From contig OZ037842.1 in the NCBI GenBank assembly GCA_964035575.1, positions 1,054,001 through 1,118,000 of the forward strand: a stretch of DNA of 64,000 nt, in the 5' to 3' direction. This DNA comes from Rhynchopus sp. YZ270_cl-10. Lineage: Eukaryota. Position 1 is the first letter of the stretch, and each line of letters starts with the position of its first letter. Shown here piece after piece: positions 10,166-23,100 of the stretch. The notes below the pieces were generated by a model. The model had not been told where the DNA came from. It did no database searches and saw nothing but the letters and a program-made list of their open reading frames with translations. A program made the translations under genes and the position numbers.

Positions 10166-13100
10166 ATGTTTTCCCCCCGAGTCAGCTCTCGGGGGCTGCG
10201 CTGGGGGTTTGTTTTGGTGGCAGTGTTGTGTGTGTTGATGATGCTTGTTGAGGTGCGGCGAATATCGAGTCAGGGCAACCCACAACACAGACGTGCGCAC
10301 CTTGAGAGACAAAGCACGCACGGCTACATGACAGACACTGCCTCCCCCACAGAGGGTGATGGCGAAGAGGTGCATTCAGATGGGGACAGTGCTGCTGCCT
10401 CCAGCGGCTCTGCTGCCGACAGCAGCCCGCAGGTGCGGTCGCAGATAGTGGAGCTGCTCCGCAAGCAGGAGGCAGCTGGGGGCAATGAGGCTGACGTAGC
10501 AGACGAGGCAGGGGCGTTGCTGTTCAAGGAGGGTGGCGGCGGTGGTGGTGGTGGTGGTGGTGGGAGCGTGCTGCCACGCAAAGGGACTGCGCAAGGTGTG
10601 CACGCCGTAGCCGCAGCAACGCGGAAGATTGCGCCCTCGCAACAATACAACGAAGACGCAGCCGACAAAGAGCTGGAACACCTCCGAGAGCAATTGCGGC
10701 AGGCACAAGAGAGGGTCTTCAAGGAGAAGGAGCGGCAACGTCTGCTCGACAAGATTGGGCGTGTCGAGAGAGAGATTGAGGCTGCGAGGGAGTGGGAGCA
10801 AGAAGTCGCGCGCGAACAGCAGCGTGACCGAGAACGGCAACGTGAACGCTGGGAGGAGCAGAACAGAGAGCAGCAGAGGTGGCGGCGGCGGGTCGAGCGG
10901 CGCAACGCAGCGGAGATGGAGGACGCTGAACAGCAGGCGATCCGGCGGGATGCGTACAATGTGGAGCGCGACACCGCCTCGCACGAGGCGAAGACGGCTG
11001 CAGAAAAGTCAAACCCACAGGCCACTTCGTGCCCAGGCATGGCAGTGCCCACTGTGCCGCACTACACTGACTTCAAGGACAGCATCCCTGTGCAGGACAT
11101 CGCGTACGCCACGTTCGTCACATCAAACGACTTTGTCATTCCCGCAGCAGTTCTTATGCACAGCATTGCACTGACAGGCTCGCAGTATGGACGTGTTGTC
11201 GCTGTTACCAACAATGTGACGGATAATGACATTAAAATTTTGAACACCCTTGCAGAGGTGGTGCGCATCAAGCGTGTCCCGTCGCCTAAGTCTATTGAGA
11301 CGGATCGTTACAAAGAGACGTTCACGAAGCTGCGCATCTGGCAGCTGACGAAGTGGAGGAAGCTCTTCTACATCGACACCGATGTGCTGATCATGCGCAA
11401 CCTTGACGACGTCTTCGACCTTGAGGAGTGGGCCGTCCCCATGGACGCCACCTTCAACAGATACTCCACAGGGATGATGCTTGTCAACCCTAAGCTCAGC
11501 ACCTTCCAAGACATGCTCATAGCACTCAACACCACCGAGGTCAGCATGGAGCTCCCAGACCTCCTCTTCTTGAAGGAGTTCTTTGACAAAAGGACGGACA
11601 CCAAGATCACAAACCTGCCCCGCTGGTACCAAGTCTACCAGGAAGAGTTTGGGCTCAACCACAAGACCTACCTCCTGCAGGACAAGGCACCGCTGCGGGT
11701 GTTCGACCAGCGCATCCGTGGCATCCACTACCCGGGTGCGGCGAAGCCGTTCAACAACATCAAAGAGTTGCAGAGGAAGTGGAGCCACCTTCTGTGCAAC
11801 TGGGCTGACCGTGAGGAGATTGCCTATGAGCCGCAGTTTCTCTGGCTCTGGGGCTACGAGCTCATGCGGCGTGACCTGAAGCTGCATTCGCAGGAGGCGT
11901 ACTTCAGCCACGAGAGTGGTGTGCAGGTGACGGACATCGAGGAGGCGCCTCCGAAGACCCCTGCACCGCCTGCAACACCTGCACCCGCCCCCAAATACTC
12001 GTGGCAGTCACCCAGCACACCAGAGCCAGTGTCGGCGCAGTCGTCGTCGTCGTCGTCGTATTCCTCTTCGTCGTCTTCTTGGTCCAGCTCTGGGCAGACG
12101 CAGCTCAACTCACCCGTCTTCGTCCCCATGGAGTGTGCAGTAAGCACAGACGACGGTGTAATAGATTTGACACGCCTAGAACCCGTTCGTTTCTCTCTGT
12201 TGCACGAGGCCTTCAGCTTTGAAGGCATCGACCTCACGCCATCAGAGACCCCCGCTGTGCACGAGTGGGTGTTCACGTGGTGCACACCCTTCAAGCTTCC
12301 ACCAAGAGGGTCGCAGGAGTGTGGTGCAAACAGCTTTGTCTCTGAGTACGTTGGGGGGTATTGCAAGACTGCGTTTGACGCGAACATGACGATGGTGGAG
12401 CTGCCGGATGCGGGTGGGGTTGTTCTACAGGCTGAGGCGCGCCGGAGTGCACGGGTGCACACTGTGCAGGCACGGCTGGTGTGCTCGATGGAGCCTGGGT
12501 ACCATGAGGTGTGGGCTAACAGCACTACACTGACTGTGACGGAGGTGCAGAACGTGACGGAGTCAGACCTGCTGTACAGCGTGACGCTGCTGTCGCCGTG
12601 CTTCTGCCCAGGTGTGTGTCTCAGCAACGACACTGCCGTTGCGCACCTCGAGCTCGAGGACCACCGTGTGCGCGAGGACGGGCGGTGCGGCGACAGCAAC
12701 CGCCTCCCCGACGGCGCCGTGGGCGAATGCAACCCTCTCGGCGACAGCCCCTGCTGCAGCTCTGCAGGCTTCTGCGGTGGCTCCACGATACACTGCACCT
12801 GCACGTCGTGCACGGACTACAGGAAGGTGTACAAGGAAGCGCTCTTCAGACGCTCCGAAGAGGTCCGTCTCACTGCATCGATCTACGCAATCGGCGAACA
12901 CGTCGAAGACAGTTCCAGTGAAGTGAGCGAAGCCAGCCAAAGCAGCGACATCGGCAGCAGTGCCAGCAGCGCCAGCAGTGCCAGCAGCGCCAGCAGTGCC
13001 AGCAGTGACAGCAGCAGCAGTAGCAGTGTCGCCAGCGAAGGGGAAGCTTCGGTAGGAGAGGCCTTCGCAACTGAAGGTGATGCTTCCGAGGAAGAAGACG

Positions 13101-16100
13101 CAGGAGGCACCCAGAAGCTGGTGCACGTCGGGTCTGAGGAGAGCTCTGCAGCGGAAGGTGTTGTGGCTGACCTAGATGCGGTTGATGAGGATGCGTCTGT
13201 GTTCAGGTCGAGGAACATCCTTGCCAAAAAGGACAAAAAAGACAAAAAAGACAAAAAAGACAAACCGGACAAAGCTGACAAACGCGACAAAAGTGACAAG
13301 AAGGACAAAACCGACAAGAACAAAAAGGACAAAAAGGAACCAAAAGCGAAGGAGACCCCAAAAGCAAAACCTGCCGAACAAGCGACGCCAACCCTCAAAG
13401 CTAAAGCTACCAAATCCAAAGCCAAGGACGCCACAGTCGTGCCCAGCAACCCTCGCAAGAAGCCCCTTGTGGAGGAAACCTCTGAGTCTGCTGAGTCGTC
13501 TGAGTCTAGCGCGTCTGCCTCTGACGCCACTTCCTCTCAGGACACACTACTCCCTACACAGGCCAAGAAGAACACAATCGCTGTGCCCACTGCGTCCACC
13601 GTGGGAAAGCAGAGCACAGCCAAGCAAAGCAGCCCTACGAAGCCCAACCCGCGCACCGCTGTCAGTGTAGAGTCGTCTAATGCGGACTCTGAGGCAGACA
13701 GCTCCACCTCCAGCTCCAGCTCCAGCTCCGAGAGCCCTGTCCCTGAGAAGGCATCCTACAACAAGGCCGCACCGCACATTGCAAAGACAGCAACACCAGC
13801 GAGCGACAGTGACAGTGATGGGAGTGCGTCTGAGTCCTCTTCCTCTGAATCCTCATCTTCTTCCTCCTCCGGTGAGACGACTGCACCCAAGAAGGGTGCG
13901 CAAAAGGGCGCAGTCGCGCACACAAGGCCGCCTCCTGCACCCACAGGCAAAGGAGGGAAGACAACAGAGAAGACACCCACCCCACCAAAGACCGATGCAC
14001 CAGATGCAGACGAAGACGGCGACGACCGCGCGCTCTCGCAAAGCAAAGAGGGCAGTTCGGAGGAAGAGGCGAGCACACCAACACGGGGTGCAAAGAAGTG
14101 GACGAAGCGCGTTGAGGACGACAAGGAGAGGGTGCGGGAGGAGAAGGGGAGTGATGACGAAGACCTGCTTCTCGCTAAGAAGAAAGGGAGCAAAGGGAAA
14201 GTCGATAAGAAGAAGAGCCAGGCCAAATCTAAGAAAGGTGCCCAAAAGGGGAAGAAGGCAGACGTCGAACGCGAGACAGATGACAGTACCGACAGCGGAA
14301 GTGGCAGTATTGGTACCCCTAAGCTGCACGCCAAGTCTAAGATCGTATTCGAAGCAATGAAGAACAGCACCTGCCTCCCAGGCGTGTTTGTTGTCCTTGA
14401 GACCCTTGATGAATGCGAGACGGCCGCGCTTGCAGTGCAGCAGCAACAGCTCAACACGACAGCAAAGAAGAAGAAGCCCGCCCCCCCACAGGTTTACGCC
14501 ACTGCACCGTGCAACATCCGCAACCCCAAGGGCTGCTACCTACACAAGCAGACTGGGATCTACTACTGGAACCCTTGCGGCAACCCCTTCAGCCAAGCTC
14601 CAGATCGTGTTGGTGTCTGCAAAAGCCCGTACGACCCACTTGCGAAGTGTCTTCTGGACCACAAATGGCTGCGCCCATGGGAGATCTCATCGCTCAACGC
14701 GACAGAGCGTACGGAGGCTGTTTCGGCGGAGGTGGACCGTTTCCGCTTCCGTGCGGGCCTCCCGATCATGGATGTGGCAGCTGCGAACGAACGCGAGCTT
14801 CGCGCACAGTGCAAGCTGGCAGGCAACGCGACCTTCGCTGCTGCCCTCCTGCCTGGTGAAAAGCTGCCGATGATGATCCCGAAGAAGGCGCAGCACACAA
14901 GCCCCGACACTGCACGGCGTGCACAGTACCTGAAGCGCAGGGCTGCGCGGAAGGTGTGGGAGAAGACGGACGCCATTGAGCAGGCGGAGGCAGAGGCACG
15001 CGCCTACGACGACCTGGTGGAGGACTACGAGGAGGCACAGCGGCGCAGGCATGATGACAGTTCCTCAGCATCGTACGCATATGCAGACGCAGACGAAGAC
15101 GACTCAGCTTCCTCAAGCGGTGTGCACGAAGTGTCGGTAGCAGACCTAGAGGAGGAGTTGGAGCGCGTCGTCGCAAACGATGACTACGACACCGCACGCA
15201 AGCTGCAGAGACTCATCCGTGAGCGCAAGAAGCAGCTCATCGTCGCACTCCAGACACAAAAGCTCAAGGCTGTCGAGGAGGAGGACTTCGACAAGGCTGC
15301 CACCCTGAAGGCAGAGATCTTGGAGCTCAACAACTCTGTTGTGCACTTCGACACTCTCACCCAAAAGCAGGCACTCAAGGTTAACTTCACCAAGGGTGCC
15401 ACAGTGCGTCTGACCCTCCCCGTCATGTTCAAGAACGGCACGAAGCTGCGTGTGGGCGACACGGGACTTGTAGTTGCTGTCCCAGGAAAGGCAAAGAACA
15501 GCACCGCCACCGTGAACGTGAAGGGCATCACATTCGACATCCGCAACACGCAGGCTGAGGTGATCAAGCTCCCGAAGCAAAAGAGGCAGATGACCGCTGT
15601 GCCTGTACCAAAGCGGACACCAGTGCCGAAAGCGGAGAAGGGCAAGGGCAAGGGTAAGGGCAAGAAGAAGGCAAGCCACACCACACCTACTGAGAAGGAT
15701 GTTCTCGGGTTTGAAGAGGAGCGTGTGTTCGAGCCGACCACACCACCGCCACGTCCGTTGAAGCCGCGCCGCAAGGCACGCAGCGACGTCACGTTTGCAG
15801 AGACGGTGGCGCCGGGGAACGCAACGAACAGCACGAAGTGCCCGCATGAGACACTCATCGACTGTCTTGATTCGTGCACGGGGGCAGGTTTGGAGAAGTG
15901 CATGCGGAACTGTGCGCAGCTGTGCGGGGGGACGCGCAGCAACCAGAACACGACGCGCGCTGTGAACACCCCTACGGACTGCAAGTCCTCCAAGACACCA
16001 CTCGTCCCATACGAGGTCACGGTGAACGGCACCAAGCTGCAGGCACTCATCCCCAGCGGCACATCCGTCGACACGTCTTCCGTCCTGCACGCAGACATCT

Positions 16101-17107
16101 TGCAGTCACTTCTTCGCGAAGACCTGCGCAGTGTCGTGCACCCACACGTTGTCGACATCGGTGCAGGGTCTGGTGTCTTCAGTCTCTTGGCCCACCACAT
16201 GAACGCTACTGTTGAGGTATACCTTTTGCCCACTACCCCTAACCACACCACCACTATTCCAGGCATATGAGGCACGGAAGCTGTACTACAAAGGGTTGAA
16301 GTGCAGCAGAGGGGACTGGGCAGTGCCGGTCAAGAGAGTTGTCATGACAAGGAAGGCGGCACGCTGTGTGTTGGAGGTGCCCGTGGCGAAGAAGGGGTTG
16401 AACATCACAGACCTGAGTCCGTCGTTCAAGGCGGATTGCTCTGGTGAGGATGCGGTGGTGTCTGGTGTGCGTGGTGACACCGTTATCACCCAACGTGTGC
16501 ACGTCCTGCGTGTCGCCACCCGTGGCATGGAGGACGAGGCTTTGGAAGGGCTCCTGGGCGTCTTCCGCGACAAGGGTGTTGACCACGCCATAGTGACCAC
16601 CTCGCCTTCCTCGCTCAAGGGGGTCAAGGCTTTCTTCTCCAAGCTTCGTGGACAGGTATGCGCCTTTTCCATCCAACCGAAAAATTTTCAAAGAACCCAA
16701 AGTTTTGGGGGGTTTTTTGTCCAACTTGGAGATGTCTTCTTCTAATCTTTTTGCAATCCCCACAGACGGGAAATTCTCATTGTTTTGTTATAACATCTTC
16801 TGTTTCAGCCGCAGGGAATGTACCTACGTCTGAAGTGTGTCTGCATTGAGACACCACTTTGTTCTCTTTTTAGCATTTTTTTTCTCACACACCCTTCCTA
16901 CAGGTCTCCGTGGTGTGGCCTCAGGGACATCCCTCTAGCGGCACAGTGAAGTCCGTCGCCTCTGTCAAGGAACGTGACGTGGGAGAGTTTTTCTTCCCCA
17001 CGTTTGTCTACTCACGTGTCCCACGCCTGCGTGCAGCGTGGTCTGGACCCGACCTTACTACAGACAAGAGCGGTGTTGCAAAGAAGGGTAAGACCTTCTC
17101 CAGGTAG
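10166..17107 (+). CDS. Giant type-II membrane protein: GT8 (glycogenin-like) glycosyltransferase + MRH-like + chitin-binding-like + 2 UVR motifs + FkbM-like methyltransferase; exons 10166-16216, 16263-16655, 16904-17107
   Basis: N-terminal TM segment. GT8 motifs AYATFV, FTKLRIWQL, YIDTD, IHYPGAAKP. Cys-rich REDGRCG...PCCSSAGFCG..HCTC..CTDYR. VVDIGAGSGVFSL SAM motif. Two GTAT..CAG introns keep the frame. Confidence 0.85.
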
Positions 17108-18346
17108 CCATGTGGCATGTGGTTGGTGGGGGAATAGGGGTTTAGGGGAGGGGGGAGAACACCAAGACCCACCTTCGCGACAGCAACACTCATTTCTACC
17201 TCACGTCTTCTTTGTGCGAAAAAGACGAAAAGCTAGCCCGCCCCTTTTTTTGAAGGGAAGGAGAGAGAGAGGAGATCTTCACGAGGGAGAACTGAGTGGT
17301 CTACTTTGTTGTATCGGATTTGGGTTTGGGTTCCACTAACGTTCCCAACAAAACGAAGGTTTTCTGGGGTGGGATGGGGGAGGGGGGGGGCGTGGGGGGG
17401 GTGGGCACACACTCAAAGAGTAGCAGTTGAACTTTCTGGTGCTTCATTCTGTGTTGTGCATTTTCTTTGTTTTAGATGAGGTCCATGCCTCTCAGCAATT
17501 CCTTTTTTTTTGCTTCGCGTTTACCCCCATGTGGCATGTTCTCAGTGAGTGTTTCATCCTTTCCCCACCTTTTACCCACAAATTTTTTGTGTTCCCAAAT
17601 TGGGAAAATTCGGGAGTTATGTGTTTAGTGTGGAAATTGTGTGGGTCTTTCCTTGTCCCGTGTTGTTAAGGGCTGTGGGAAGGGGGTAGGGAGGGGTGGA
17701 AGGGGGGGGACACATCAGTATGGCCATATACGTCATCTGTGGCCGCCTTCCACACCACTATATAAAAAAAAACTGCAGAAAGCATCTGATTGTTTCTGAG
17801 TCTATATCTTATCTAGAAGCATCACCCCTGTGTTCACAATGATCATTCCACTGTTCCCCTTTCCCCTTTCCAAGATTTGTTAGCACCAGGCGTCACCGTC
17901 ACCCCTTTTGTGGTTGGGGTCCGCACGCAATTTGGATCGATGCAGTTTCAAGGACAGTGATGTGTTGTGTTCGAAGGTGCGTGGATGAGCCTAAGGGGAG
18001 GGAGAGGTCTTTGCCAGTCTGCATAGTCCTGGTCTTTTGGTGGCATGACCCACTTTAGTCGAAAAATCTATAAACTAATGTAGCGACCCTGTGGGAATCT
18101 GTCTAGGTTGGGGGTGGTGGTGGGGTGGTGAAACTGCTATTCAGACATTGGTCTGTTGAGTGTGCTCGTCAGCTGAGGTGTCTGTATGTGCCGCTCCATG
18201 TCTTATGGACTCACCTTCCCGCTCTGTCAGTCGAACGCATCGCAATCCATATTGTAATGCCTTCTCAAGATATCAAGTTCCCTTGTTATTTTTGTGGCTG
18301 CCAGAGGCCGGTTGGCGTTTTCCTCTAGCTGGTGGTTGGGGATGTA

Positions 18347-18559
18347 GAGGTGGAGGTGGAGGTGGAGGTGGAGGTGGAGGTGGAGGTGGAGGTGGAGGTG
18401 GAGGTGGAGGTGGAGGTGGAGGTGGAGGTGGAGGTGGAGGTGGAGGTGGAGGTGGAGGTGGAGGTGGAGGTGGAGGTGGAGGTGGAGGTGGAGGTGGAGG
18501 TGGAGGTGGAGGTGGAGGTGGAGGTGGAGGTGGAGGTGGAGGTGGAGGTGGAGGTGGAG
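18347..18559. repeat. Perfect (GAGGTG)35 hexanucleotide microsatellite
   Basis: Uninterrupted tandem GAGGTG from 18347 to 18556. Confidence 0.98.
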
Positions 18560-19450
18560 TGGGTTGTGGACTGTGGCTTACCTCTGCCTCCATTGTGGGG
18601 TTAAGTCTGTACTGTGTGCATGTGGGAATCGGGTCAGGCATGATAGCAGCAGTGCAGGTAGGTCTTATATTTGAAGTCCTCTCTTTCGAGGGTGCAGCAT
18701 CAGAACGATTGTGGGTGGGGTGGGGTGCATGGGGTGGGGTGGATGTTCGTTGATTCAACACCGTTGATTCAGCATGATTTGGAGTCTGGCGAGAAGCTTG
18801 CGAAAGGGGTGATGAGGATCTGTGCTTGAAGAGGGGAGGGTGTGGGAGGGGAAGGTGAGCTGGTCTTGTGTTGCACGGTGGCAGCAGTGCTGCCCAACAG
18901 CCTCGGGTCGCAGCCTGCTGGCGGTGTGCCGTGCTTGGATGGAGCAGTTCTTGGTGCAGCAACGCTGCAGCACTGGCTGCTCAGTCTCAGTCTTGCATGT
19001 CGCCCGATGGCGGAAGCACGTTGCATGTGGTGGTGAGGTTTGCTCAGGTGGGTCTGTTGCAGCGCATGGCACGACCACATGCACATTGGTGCATGTATGT
19101 CTCGCAAGCATGCTTTCAGAAGTTGTGGTCCATCACTCAAGAACAGCACTTCCCTCACACGGATGGAGCGTGTCAGGGTGAATGACTGCTGCTTTGCTGA
19201 ACCAAAGCATGCACGGCTGAGTTGGGTGGGGTGGGGTTTGGGAAGGGATGTCTGATCTGAGTTGTTGTGCTGAGTTCAATGTGCACGAAGTGTGCAGGTG
19301 GTTTGGACGATGAACGTTGAGGGAAGGAGAGGAGAGGAGAGGAGAGGATGGGATGAGATGAGAAGGATGCCAGAGTTGTTAGTTTGTGCGGAGAGTGGGT
19401 TGGTAGAGGGGTGGGGTGGGGTGGGGGGAAGACGTGTGCTGAAAGAAGAC

Positions 19451-19971
19451 CGTGCAATGATGAAATAGAGTTGTGGCGACGGCTGCAGAAGGCTCCGCAG
19501 AAGACATGCACCCTACGCAGTCTTTTGGGTAAAGTCCCTCAGTGTTCACAGAGCTGTGCGCCCCTGCCATCTCCAGAGGAGAGCTGCCGTGTGGCAGTGC
19601 CCTTCTTCGTGAAGGTGCGCAGGCAGGTGTGCGTGCTGTCTCTTTGGATCACAGTCATGGAGCCTGCAATGTGCGCATTGCAACCTCAAGAGGGCTTATT
19701 CTCTGCATGCCTGCCTGCACACTCTGCTGAGCACACCTTGATGAACACTGGACACAGTGGTTGATGACATGCTGTCTGTCACATGGTCACATTCCTGATG
19801 GGGTGGGTAGCTCAGGCTCAGGGGTTCGGGTTGGGTGGGTGGCACTACCAGGCTTCAGTGTTACTGATGCTGCGTGGTGTGCCTTGCTGTCTTAGCCGCT
19901 TTGGGTTGCATGCCACACGTTGACGTCAGTCATCGCGTTGGTATCTGTGTGATGGGGTTGGCATCTGTGTG
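19451..19971 (+). repeat. ~0.5-kb direct repeat, copy 1 (copy 2 at 32550-33135)
   Basis: Near-identical sequence starting cgtgcaatgatgaaatagag in both places. Copy 2 carries about 60 extra bp near 32941-33000. Confidence 0.95.
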
Positions 19972-20134
19972 GTGGGGTTAGCATCTGTGTGGTGGGGTGC
20001 AGTGTACAGTGTCCAGGCTCGGAGGAGCGTGGTGGAGTAGTGGGTAGTGTGGGTAGTGGGTAGCTGCTCTGGGAGGGACCTGCTGCTGGTGGAGTGGTTT
20101 GGATGATGACACCACCCAGAAGTACACTACCCAC

Positions 20135-23100
20135 ATGTCTGATAGTGATGCTAAAAGTTTGGACACACTGGTGGAGGAGCTGTGGGCAAGCACAGAGGCT
20201 GCCCGTACTGCGACAGACGAGGAGCTGACGGCGGATGAGACACGCGAAGCAGAGTTAGCGGCCTTGGCAAAGGAGGATGCGTTGTTTCAGTTGGCAGGTC
20301 TGCTTGAGTCGCACCCTGAGCTTTTTGAGGGAGCGTCGCAGAGCGAGATGTACAACCGTGGGCAGGAATGGAAGCGGTCGAAGGAGAAGAAGGTACAGAA
20401 GCTTCGTGTGGACAGGGAGAAGGTGTCGAGCCATGGGGTGCGTGGGCAGCCCCGCATCAGCAAGCATTCGAAGGCGACGATTGAGAAGCTGCTGGAGGAG
20501 GGGGCGTGGCCGCACTTTGTGGAACGGATGTCGCTGCACCACGCTGTGAAGCAGCAGAAGCAGCACCGCACAGCTGCGTGGCAGGACATGCACGAGATCC
20601 TTGCGGACACACACGCGCACCACCCAGAGATCACAGGGAAGGCAGCGACACTGCAGCGCAACGGGCCTGCTGGCGAGCGCCTGTACTCCCTGCGGCACAA
20701 GCACATCAAGGAGCGCTCCTACCCACACGGGGCGCCGTCTTCGTCGTGGAGCAACGCCGAGCTGTCGACATACTTGCGTGACCACCCGAAGGAGGTCGAC
20801 ACGATACGGAAGTGCCTTCCCGGAGGCTTCCTCTCCTCTGCAAGCAGACAGCTGTCCGAGCAGCACGTCCAGCGTTCGGGCATCTCGCACTGGGAGCGCC
20901 TCACAGCGCATCCTGCGAAGGGGCAGTCGCAGCAGCAGCAGCAGCAACACAACCCCGCTGGCCTGAACGTGACACCAGACCTGGACACCACCTGCGAACC
21001 TGTGATAGGAAAGAGAAGTCGGCAGCTGGCAGAGGAGCGTCTGCTGCGCACAGGCGAGACGGACACAAGCCTCTGGCGCCGTCTCTCGAAACCCATTCCA
21101 ACACTGCAGCACCCACCGAAGGGGAACCCCGTCCCCGTGATCAACCACCACACTGCCACCATGGGGAACGAGGTGCTTGAGGCGAGAGTTGCGATGGACG
21201 TGCACGAGAGGCTCTTCAAGGACCACGAGGACATGGCGCGTGGGAAGGAGATGCGGAGGGAACGCTTAGCAAAGTCGCAGACGTCCCTACCCAACGAGCG
21301 ACGTGACCAGCTGCGCAAGCATACACAGCACATTGTGACATCGGGCGACATTTCCACCCGCAGCCGAGAGTGGACTGCGAATGCGGAGAAGAGGAGAGAA
21401 CAACTTCGTGACGAGCAGCGCAAGAAAGAGGATGAGGAGTTGCTGTTCAAACCTGACCTGAAGGGTGCGCGTTCGATGTCGGTGGACAAAAAGAAGGAAA
21501 AAGAGGAACAGAGGGAGAAGGACAGGGCAGCAACACAGGAGCGGAGGCGTGGCGCGAGCTCTCACAGACGCCGGAACTCTCCCTCGCGCACTACATCCCC
21601 GCAGCCGACGCCGAGAGGGAACGTGTCGTTCGCGAGTCAGAACAGCAGCATCGTTGTGGGTCCAGCCTCAGCCACAGCCCCAGCCGCAATGCCTGCTGCC
21701 AGCGCTGCCACTTCCTCCCTCTCCCTCGACACCGCCACCCCTACCACGACTCCACGTCGCAGCTCAAATGGGCAGAAGAAACGCCACCCCTCTCCGCCTT
21801 CCCCTGCACAGCTGAGGGGCCACAAGGATGTCTCCTTTGAGAGTGGCTACTCTGATGGGCGCTACTCGGTGGGGAAGGGGTCGCCCACACGCTCGCACTC
21901 AAGGTCACGGTCACGGTCTCAGGCCTCTGAGAGGAGTGAGATGGACTTCCCTGTGGACACTCCGTCGGATGGTGTGCTGGAGATGTCAACGTCAGGCATC
22001 ATGTCGGCCCTTGCGAAGCGCCAAGATGAGGGACGCAGGCGACGCAACCAGGAAGCTGTGCATGTGACGTACGGCTCTCCTCTCTCACCACGCTCGCCAC
22101 AGTCGGCACACTCGCGCGGTTCGCAGAAGTCGATCACTTCGCCACGCTCAGCACAGTCCGATGGTTCGCCTCGCCTGGTAGTGGAGATGCACGAGGACTT
22201 CGACTTCACCGACTTTGTTCCTGATGTGGTGCAGAACGTGGAGCGTGAGGCACGACACAGTCGCCTTGATCGTGACAACACCGAGCAGGCAAAGGACCTA
22301 GCGTCGAGCATCCTGCGGCAGCTGGACGAGCAGCACGGGAAGAAGTTGTCGACTCCGCGAAGGAGCCCTGAGCAGCGAAGGAGCCCTGAGCAGCGCCACA
22401 CAGCTGACTACTACGAGGTCGACACGGACGTCTCTGTTGGGCACAGCGTCTCGCCCAGCTCGGCTGCGAAGCTTCGAGTTGAGCAAGTTGTGCGCACACC
22501 AAAGTCAGGTGCACAGATCCACATTCACCAGGGCCGGTCGCCAAGCCCTGTGGACATGTACAATTCTGCTGTGGCTGGTGCACAGCACGTGGAAGGGTGG
22601 GCAGTGCCACGTGTGTCACATGACATGGTTCTGCCGTCCACACCTATGCGACAGGTGGGCGACAGTGGGGTCTTGGTGGAAGGGGAGGCGGATGGAGGTG
22701 GGGAGGATGCCTTGGAGCAAACCGTACAGCAGCACCACCGTCACCACCACCAGCAGCAGCAGCAGCAACAGCGCTCAGGATATGCCACGGGTCTGGAGGC
22801 TGTTGGAAGCAAGTCTGCCACCGACAGACAGCACATAGAAAGGAAACGGGGTGCAGAGCAGGCACGGCAGCGAGAAGAAGGACACAGTGTGCACGCGCAA
22901 CGACAGCACCCGCGCCACCAGTCCCCTGGGCAGACGACACACCCAGGCGCCTTGAAGAACCACACACATACGTCCTATGCTGCAGTCCACCACCACCCTG
23001 AGGAGGCGCACCACGGCCTGCACGGTGCAGAGCACACCGAGGGACCTCTGTACACAGGACAGGCGTATGAGCCCATGCCGCCCCGTGCCTCTGATGCAAC

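Noticed and set aside
18160..18962. Poly-Gly, poly-Pro and (VE)n ORFs
   Set aside because: They are translations of the (GAGGTG)35 microsatellite; the flanking residues are not protein-like
19446..19460. U3 snoRNA 5' end (AAGACCGT)
   Set aside because: The match is only 8 nt, is absent from the second copy, and is not followed by box A-like sequence
19384..19764. Duplicated ORF CNDEIELWRR...GHSG (also 32402-32863)
   Set aside because: The two copies have different, unrelated starts and no recognisable domain; the identity is explained by the DNA repeat
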